DNA of 29,606 nt from Anaerolineales bacterium (lineage in GTDB: Bacteria > Chloroflexota > Anaerolineae > Anaerolineales > Villigracilaceae), in contig JBBRWF010000001.1 in the NCBI GenBank assembly GCA_038249405.1, forward strand, positions 1 to 29,606. The letters are read 5' to 3'. Under the pieces are notes generated by a model. That model did not search any database, was not told the origin of the DNA, and saw nothing but the letters and a program-made list of their open reading frames with translations. Numbering within the stretch: position 1 is the stretch's first letter; every line of letters starts with the position of its first letter. Shown here in pieces: positions 24,479 to 29,606 of the stretch. Made by a program: the position numbers and the translations under genes.

Positions 24479-25085
24479 CTATTTTGGTTTTGGCGTGCGC
24501 GTGGGGACGCGCGTATCAGTTGGACGGCGGGTGGAGGTTGGCCAGCGCGTTTGTGTGGGGCTTGGCCCAGGTGTAATCGAGATGGTCGCAGATGGCGTGG
24601 GCGGAGTGATGGTAGGCGTCCGGGTTGAGGGCACGGTTGGGGTCAGTGTAGGCGTACGAGACGGGGTGGGTGTACGCGAAGGCGTTGGTGTACGACTGGG
24701 GGTGAGGGTACGCGATGGAAGCGGGGTAATACTTGGCACGCGGGTGGTGGTAGGCAGCGCAAAAGTGGGTGTGCGCGTGGGAACACGTGTATCACTTGGG
24801 CGAGGCGTGCGGGTGGGGGTTCTCGTCAAGGTAGGCCAGCGCGTATCCGTGGGGCGAATGATGGGTGTTTTGGAGGGTGTGCGCGTAATGGTTGGCGTAC
24901 GGGTGGAGGTTGAGGTGGGCGTATTGGAGGGCGTCAATGTTGAAGATGGGGTCAGGGTAATGGAGGGCGTCAAGCTGACCGTGGGGGTCGGTGTTTCAGA
25001 CGGTGTAAAAGTAATCGTAGGGGTGGATGTGATTGTGGCGGTTTGTGTAATCGTGGGAGTCTCGCTGGGAACGAGAGTGCCCGTG
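24479..25085 (-). repeat. Low-complexity Pro/Thr/Arg coding repeats
   Basis: TPSRTP repeated, plus RPTDTRWPT, RPSDTRVPTRTP and RPTDTRVPTRTP units. Confidence 0.85.
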
Positions 25086-26359
25086 ACCAGTGGAACAAAA
25101 CGAACCGCATCAGCCGCCAATTCGACACCATCCACGGCTGAATCTTGGGTTTTGTTGCCCAGGAGAACATATTCCAGGCTGGCGGCGTTGAAATAATATT
25201 TTCCGAGATAGACCCAGCCATCAGGCACGGATGAGTTTGGGAATGCCGCCTGGTCGAGTACCACCACATCTGTACGACCATCATGAACGATGTTATAGAG
25301 CGCGCCTTCACTGGTAGCATGAACCACCGGGATGCGCGCGTAGATTGCAAAGATACCAGGGCCAGCAGCCTGGGGCAGCTTCCAACGCGCCTTGCATGTG
25401 TCAGCACCACTGTTGACGGGCTGCACGGCCAACATGCGCGCATTTTGACTGTTGGCAGAGCTGGTATTGATTACCATCCAACAATCTGCGGGAATCTGGT
25501 CGAAGCGCAAATCCAGGTCATCAACAAGGTAACCCTGGAGCGACGCAGCCGGCTCGATGAGGGAAGCACCGGACGGGTAAACATTGGCCGGAGAACCGCT
25601 AATATTGGGGTACTGTGCCCAGAGCGATTCTTTCTGGTTATACGTCCAGGGATCTGCGCCAGACGGCCCAGCCCAACCATAAGGGTCAATGGATTTAATC
25701 TGGGGATTGGTTACACGGAAATGCAAATGCGGCCCGGAGGAATTGCCGGTTGTACCGCTGACACCAATCACTTCACCATGTTGAATATCGGCACAGTTCG
25801 CAAACGTACAGGATTGAACTGAGACCGCGCTCATGTGCCCGTACCAGGTATCGTAACCGCTTGCGTGACGCAAACGAACATAAATTCCCAGGTTGCTGCG
25901 GTGATCTTGCGGGTTATACCAGCCGGCATAGACCACCTGCCTGGCATCCGCAGCCGCCAACAATGGGCGGTAGCTGACGCCAAAGTCTATGCCATCGTGG
26001 CCATTATAGAAGGTGTATGCGCCAAGATTGTAACTCCAATAACCACCGTAACCGTAATCACATAACCCATTGGGCGGCTGCGTACCGGAAGGCTGCGGGT
26101 TTGAGCAGGCCTTGTTTAAGGTCTCGCCTTGATAGGTAACGATCTTATTATCCACCATGCTATAAGTGGGGCTGCTGTGATCAAAAATGGACTCTTCTGA
26201 TGAGCGACCGTAAAAAGGCGGGTATAAAAAGGGGCTGATCGAGGGCGCGGGCCCGGCTGAGACGCTGCGCGAGAGGAGCAAACCAGAAAACACAGCAGCC
26301 CCAATCAGGGCAGTCACCAATAGCGATAGTTCGGTCAGCGAGCGCAGACGAGTTTTCAT
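24479..26359 (-). CDS. Secreted M23 family metallopeptidase with a probable Golvesin/Xly-CBD-like domain and a ~200-aa Pro/Thr-rich tail
   Basis: Signal or anchor helix, HDGID (H121/D125), YGHMS and GPHLHF (H211/H213). A second domain ends in GWVYLGKYYF...AADAVRFVP, followed by TPT/TRTP repeats. Confidence 0.85.
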   Translation of the reverse strand: MKTRLRSLTELSLLVTALIGAAVFSGLLLSRSVSAGPAPSISPFLYPPFYGRSSEESIFDHSSPTYSMVDNKIVTYQGETLNKACSNPQPSGTQPPNGLCDYGYGGYWSYNLGAYTFYNGHDGIDFGVSYRPLLAAADARQVVYAGWYNPQDHRSNLGIYVRLRHASGYDTWYGHMSAVSVQSCTFANCADIQHGEVIGVSGTTGNSSGPHLHFRVTNPQIKSIDPYGWAGPSGADPWTYNQKESLWAQYPNISGSPANVYPSGASLIEPAASLQGYLVDDLDLRFDQIPADCWMVINTSSANSQNARMLAVQPVNSGADTCKARWKLPQAAGPGIFAIYARIPVVHATSEGALYNIVHDGRTDVVVLDQAAFPNSSVPDGWVYLGKYYFNAASLEYVLLGNKTQDSAVDGVELAADAVRFVPLVTGTLVPSETPTITQTATITSTPTITFTPSETPTPTVSLTPSITLTPSSTLTPSNTPTSTSTRTPTITRTPSKTPIIRPTDTRWPTLTRTPTRTPRPSDTRVPTRTPTFALPTTTRVPSITPLPSRTLTPSRTPTPSRTPTPSRTPTLTPTVPSTRTPTITPPTPSATISITPGPSPTQTRWPTSTRRPTDTRVPTRTPKPK

Positions 26360-26361
26360 GA

Positions 26362-27162
26362 TCAGGGGGTGGGAGTGGCTGAAAGGGTTGGCTCGATGGG
26401 AGTAGATGTGGGTACAGCCGCATACGAACGAAGTGTGCCGAAAATAGCTTCGGCATGCTGCAGACAGGTTTCAGACTGGTCATTAAAGGAAACCTGGAAA
26501 CCGGTCAGCACGCGCCGATCGCCACCAACGTAGGTGACAAATTTGACGACACCCTGGTATGTAACAATATTCACGTCAAAGGACGCCGACCCAATGTAAC
26601 GAAACTCATGGGTTACTTTCCAGTCGACTGGCAGACCGCGCCCGGACCAGGGCGTAATGGTGCAATATTCAATCTGGCGATTTGCCAGCACAATCTCTCC
26701 GAAGTTACTTTCGGTCTGCGCCCAAAGATCCGGGTCATAATCGACGCGGAAGAGCCTGCCAGGGTCAGAATCGCCCAGATACGTCGGCAAGCCTGTCCAT
26801 GCAACGAGGGCGGGAGCAAGTGGTTTTTCTGTGGGCAGGTCAAGCGGAGGCAAAAGGGTTTCGGTGGGGGTTGGCAGAACCTGCGTAAACGAAGGGCCGG
26901 GGGTGAGCGACGGGGGGACGGACCTCAAAGTAACAGTCGCCACAGCAGCCTGGAGCGTAGAGGCAGGCAGCGCCGGAGATGTAGTAGGAGATGCTGTTGG
27001 TGGAGCAGAAGCCGCAGGTTCCTGCGGCACGATGGCCGGCTGGCTGATGCCAGTAACCGTCACCAAAAAAGGAACTCCTGGAGGCTCGGATGCTGGAATA
27101 CCCGACGCACAGGCGCTGAACAGGAATAACAAGGGGATCATAAAAAGTAATAAGCGTCTCAT
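26362..27162 (-). CDS. Hypothetical lipoprotein with Pro/Thr/Ala linker
   Basis: MRRLLLFMIPLLFLFSAC lipobox. ATG 27162 overlaps the upstream TGA (TGATG); stop lies 2 nt before the M23 ATG. Confidence 0.8.
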   Translation of the reverse strand: MRRLLLFMIPLLFLFSACASGIPASEPPGVPFLVTVTGISQPAIVPQEPAASAPPTASPTTSPALPASTLQAAVATVTLRSVPPSLTPGPSFTQVLPTPTETLLPPLDLPTEKPLAPALVAWTGLPTYLGDSDPGRLFRVDYDPDLWAQTESNFGEIVLANRQIEYCTITPWSGRGLPVDWKVTHEFRYIGSASFDVNIVTYQGVVKFVTYVGGDRRVLTGFQVSFNDQSETCLQHAEAIFGTLRSYAAVPTSTPIEPTLSATPTP

Positions 27163-28256
27163 CAACGTATCCATCCAGCGCAGCAAGCGCCAGTACTCAG
27201 TTTAGAACCCTTCCCGCTGGAAACTTCGTAAATCCATAGTTCCATTGTATCACCCGGCAATAGGCCAGAGGAAGCCCCCGGGGTTAATGCTGAAGTCGAA
27301 CTTCCATATGAGCTAAACGCAAGCATAGAGCCCTCCGGTGACCAGGCAGGTTGAGTGACAGAAGCAGCCGGGAAGCTGACCAGGCTTGAACTGGACAGGT
27401 TGTAAATGGATAGGTTAAGAACTTCGGGCCGGTCGGGCTGCTGCCTGCCAATAAACGCAATTTTTGTCCCATCTGGAGACCAGACCGGGGAATATCCGCG
27501 TCCTGCGTCTGCATCTGCGAGTTTGCGAGCGTTGAAACCGTCAGAATCCATGACCCATAATTCGCCCGGAGGGGCAGCATTCTGATCATCGGGCATTTTT
27601 ATAAAAGCAATCCGGGTGCCATCGGGCGAATACTGGGCCAGAGCGATGATATTTTGTCCATCGAGCAACAACTGCGATGAATTCTGCCCATCCGGCCCGG
27701 CCAGCCAGGCTTCGGAACCAAAACCAAGGCCTTTGCTAAGGGCATAGTATATTCGGCTGCCATCCGGCGCGGCGGCCAGGTCGTAGGCAAAGGGAGAAAC
27801 CGGCAATTCAACGGCCTTACCAGTGGCAGCATCCACACGCAGAGTTTGCGGAACTGAAAGTGTGCCTATCTTCAGGTAGATTGAACGGCCATCAGGCTGC
27901 CAGGCCAGGAAGCGGCTGTCAATGGTGGGGTCAGAAAGCGCAAAATGCGATTTTCCGCTGGCAGTATCAAACAGTTCCACCGCGGGGCCAAAAGAACATT
28001 CCCATTCAACGGCGATCCAACGACCAACAGGAGCGGGACGTACTGCGTAAAATGAACAATCAGTGGGTGGATTTAGCGGGATACTTTTACGGGGGGCGGC
28101 GCCAGGGCTGCCTTGCAAGTTCAGGGTGGGATTGGGGGTAAAAGTTAAATAGAAAAACGCCGGGCTGTAGGCTGAGTCAACTGGCGGGCTGACGGCACAT
28201 CCAGAAAGCAGTACAGACAGCAGAGCAACAAGGCAGCAAAATAATGGCAAACGCAT
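27162..28256 (-). CDS. Lipoprotein with TolB-like (PD40/WD40-like) beta-propeller repeats
   Basis: Lipobox LLSGC; repeats AWQPDGRSI, AAAPDGSRI, QYSPDGTRIAF, VWSPDGTKIAF and AWSPEGSMLAF. Confidence 0.85.
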   Translation of the reverse strand: MRLPLFCCLVALLSVLLSGCAVSPPVDSAYSPAFFYLTFTPNPTLNLQGSPGAAPRKSIPLNPPTDCSFYAVRPAPVGRWIAVEWECSFGPAVELFDTASGKSHFALSDPTIDSRFLAWQPDGRSIYLKIGTLSVPQTLRVDAATGKAVELPVSPFAYDLAAAPDGSRIYYALSKGLGFGSEAWLAGPDGQNSSQLLLDGQNIIALAQYSPDGTRIAFIKMPDDQNAAPPGELWVMDSDGFNARKLADADAGRGYSPVWSPDGTKIAFIGRQQPDRPEVLNLSIYNLSSSSLVSFPAASVTQPAWSPEGSMLAFSSYGSSTSALTPGASSGLLPGDTMELWIYEVSSGKGSKLSTGACCAGWIR

Positions 28257-28262
28257 AGGGGG

Positions 28263-28270
28263 ATTATAAT
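28263..28270. promoter_or_regulatory. Palindromic ATTATAAT giving a TATAAT -10 on both strands
   Basis: Lies in the 32-bp gap between the divergent TolB-like gene (ATG 28256) and surE (ATG 28289). Confidence 0.6.
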
Positions 28271-28288
28271 TCCCAAATTGGAGGAAGC

Positions 28289-29053
28289 ATGCACATATTG
28301 GTGACCAATGATGATGGAGTACTTGCGCCGGGATTGTTGGCGCTCGCGCAGGAAATGCGCAAGATCGGGGAAGTAACCGTGCTGGCTCCTGACCGGAATT
28401 GGAGTGCTTCGGGGCATGTTAAAACCATGGAAAGGCCCATGCGGGTTAAAGATGCCAAACTGGCAGACGGCACCCCCGCCCTGGCGTGTGATGGCGCGCC
28501 AAGCGACTGCGTGGCACTGGCCCTGTTGGGCGTAATATCCCAAAAAATTGACCTGGTTGTCTCTGGAATCAACCCAAATGCCAATGTGGGGCACGATGTA
28601 ACGTATTCAGGCACCGTAACAGCAGCCATGGAGGCGGTCATCAACGGGGTGCCGGGGATCGCTTTTTCACTGGATTCAAGACCTGGACACGGCGAACTGG
28701 ATTACGGGCCAGCGGCACGCATGGCAAGCAAAGTGGCAGCCCAGGCCAGCATTCAGGGAATTCCGGCAGGTGTGCTGCTAAACGTCAACATACCCAATAT
28801 ACCCGAGGCAGAAATCAAAGGCATACTGGTCACACGGCAGGGTCTGCGCGTTTATCGGGATGCGCTGGATGCGCGTAAAGACCCGCGAGGCCACCCCTAT
28901 TACTGGATCGGCGGCGAATTTCCGAGCGGAGTGGATGAAGCCGGTACTGATTTTGGAGCATTAAACAGCGGGCATGTTTCGATCACACCGCTTCAACTGG
29001 ATTTAACCGCGCTGAGTGCGATGGAGACACTGCAAAAATGGAACTGGGAATAA
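28289..29053 (+). CDS. surE: 5'/3'-nucleotidase SurE
   Basis: MHILVTNDDG, VLAPDRNWSA, LVVSGINPNANVG, YSGTVTAAMEA and SITPLQLDLT; GGAGG RBS. Confidence 0.96.
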   Translation: MHILVTNDDGVLAPGLLALAQEMRKIGEVTVLAPDRNWSASGHVKTMERPMRVKDAKLADGTPALACDGAPSDCVALALLGVISQKIDLVVSGINPNANVGHDVTYSGTVTAAMEAVINGVPGIAFSLDSRPGHGELDYGPAARMASKVAAQASIQGIPAGVLLNVNIPNIPEAEIKGILVTRQGLRVYRDALDARKDPRGHPYYWIGGEFPSGVDEAGTDFGALNSGHVSITPLQLDLTALSAMETLQKWNWE

Positions 29054-29511
29054 TGCTTAAAACCTCCCGCCTGATTCTGCGCGAACTGACCCTGGATGAC
29101 GCCGCTTTTATCCTTGAATTATTAAATGAGCCTGCTTTTATCGAGTTTATCGGGGATCGAGGCGTTAGAAACATTGAAGATGCGCAAGGCTATATTACCA
29201 AAGGCCCGAACGCCAGCTATGCCAGACATGGTTTTGGGCTATGGCTGGTACAGAAAAAAGAATCCTTTGAATCGATTGGCATCTGCGGGTTGATCAAAAG
29301 GGATAGCCTGCCAGATATTGATATTGGCTATGCTTTTCTGGCGCGTTCCTGGTCGCAAGGTTACGCGGTGGAGGCTGCATTGGCGGTGAAAGATTTTGCA
29401 ATCAAGACCCTGAGTCTTAAGCGCCTGGTTGCCATAACAAACCAGGATAACTATTCTTCCATTAAAGAGAGTGTTGCAGAATTCGGGTTATACCCGGCCC
29501 CAAAAAGGTGA
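29053..29511 (+). CDS. RimJ/RimL-type GNAT N-acetyltransferase, C-terminus possibly replaced
   Basis: MLKTSRLILRELT, FIGDRGVRN, IGICGLIKRD, DIGYAFL and WSQGYAVEAA; TAATG overlap with surE. Family-like sequence stops after NYSSIK. Confidence 0.85.
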   Translation: MLKTSRLILRELTLDDAAFILELLNEPAFIEFIGDRGVRNIEDAQGYITKGPNASYARHGFGLWLVQKKESFESIGICGLIKRDSLPDIDIGYAFLARSWSQGYAVEAALAVKDFAIKTLSLKRLVAITNQDNYSSIKESVAEFGLYPAPKR

Positions 29512-29606
29512 GCACTGTTTTTTTGAGCCTTAGCACAACCTGATCGGGCAGATTTAAGAGGCGGGAGCCGTTATTTGAACGTTTTTGGGCTAAAAGCAGG
29601 TCAAAA
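29467..29606. mobile_element. Possible insertion-sequence end interrupting the GNAT gene
   Basis: GAGAGTGTTGCAGAA starts exactly where GNAT similarity breaks, just after TTAAA, and resembles IS5/IS1182-type terminal repeats. No transposase or second end is visible in the window. Confidence 0.3.

Noticed and set aside
24479-25085. CRISPR array or non-coding tandem repeat
   Set aside because: The repeats are degenerate, codon-phased and lie inside an open frame; there is no constant repeat with unique spacers and no cas genes.
24303-25196. 297-aa Val/Gly-rich ORF on the plus strand
   Set aside because: It is the antisense shadow of the Pro/Thr repeat tail of the M23 gene and crosses a bidirectional terminator.

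Overview
A 29.6 kb chromosomal window, probably from an Anaerolineae (Chloroflexota) bacterium; this is inferred from protein style and gene content. It carries the first half of a complete NADH-input complex I operon (nuoA-G and the 5' part of nuoH, minus strand). Next come a small conserved-looking hypothetical gene, a PaaG-like crotonase, gatB, a 90-aa Cys-rich ORF and a glutamate-type dehydrogenase with an attenuator-like leader (9-codon uORF plus intrinsic terminator). A 47-aa Flp pilin gene missed by the ORF track follows. A same-strand run then comprises a ThrC-like protein that has lost its PLP lysine, a cytoplasmic GAF-GAF-PAS histidine kinase, an MBL-fold protein that has lost most metal ligands, asparaginase II and endonuclease III. 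After that are two decaying genes (a HAD hydrolase with an internal TAA; acs with TAG and TGA stops and a 3' truncation), rsmI, PGI/PMI and a GT-C glycosyltransferase. The window ends with a coupled TolB-like lipoprotein / lipoprotein / M23 peptidase operon, surE and a GNAT gene that may be interrupted. I saw no rRNA, tRNA or CRISPR array. The strongest novelty candidates are the two apparent pseudoenzymes flanking an orphan histidine kinase and the gdh leader. All family assignments come from motif recognition by eye, not database searches.
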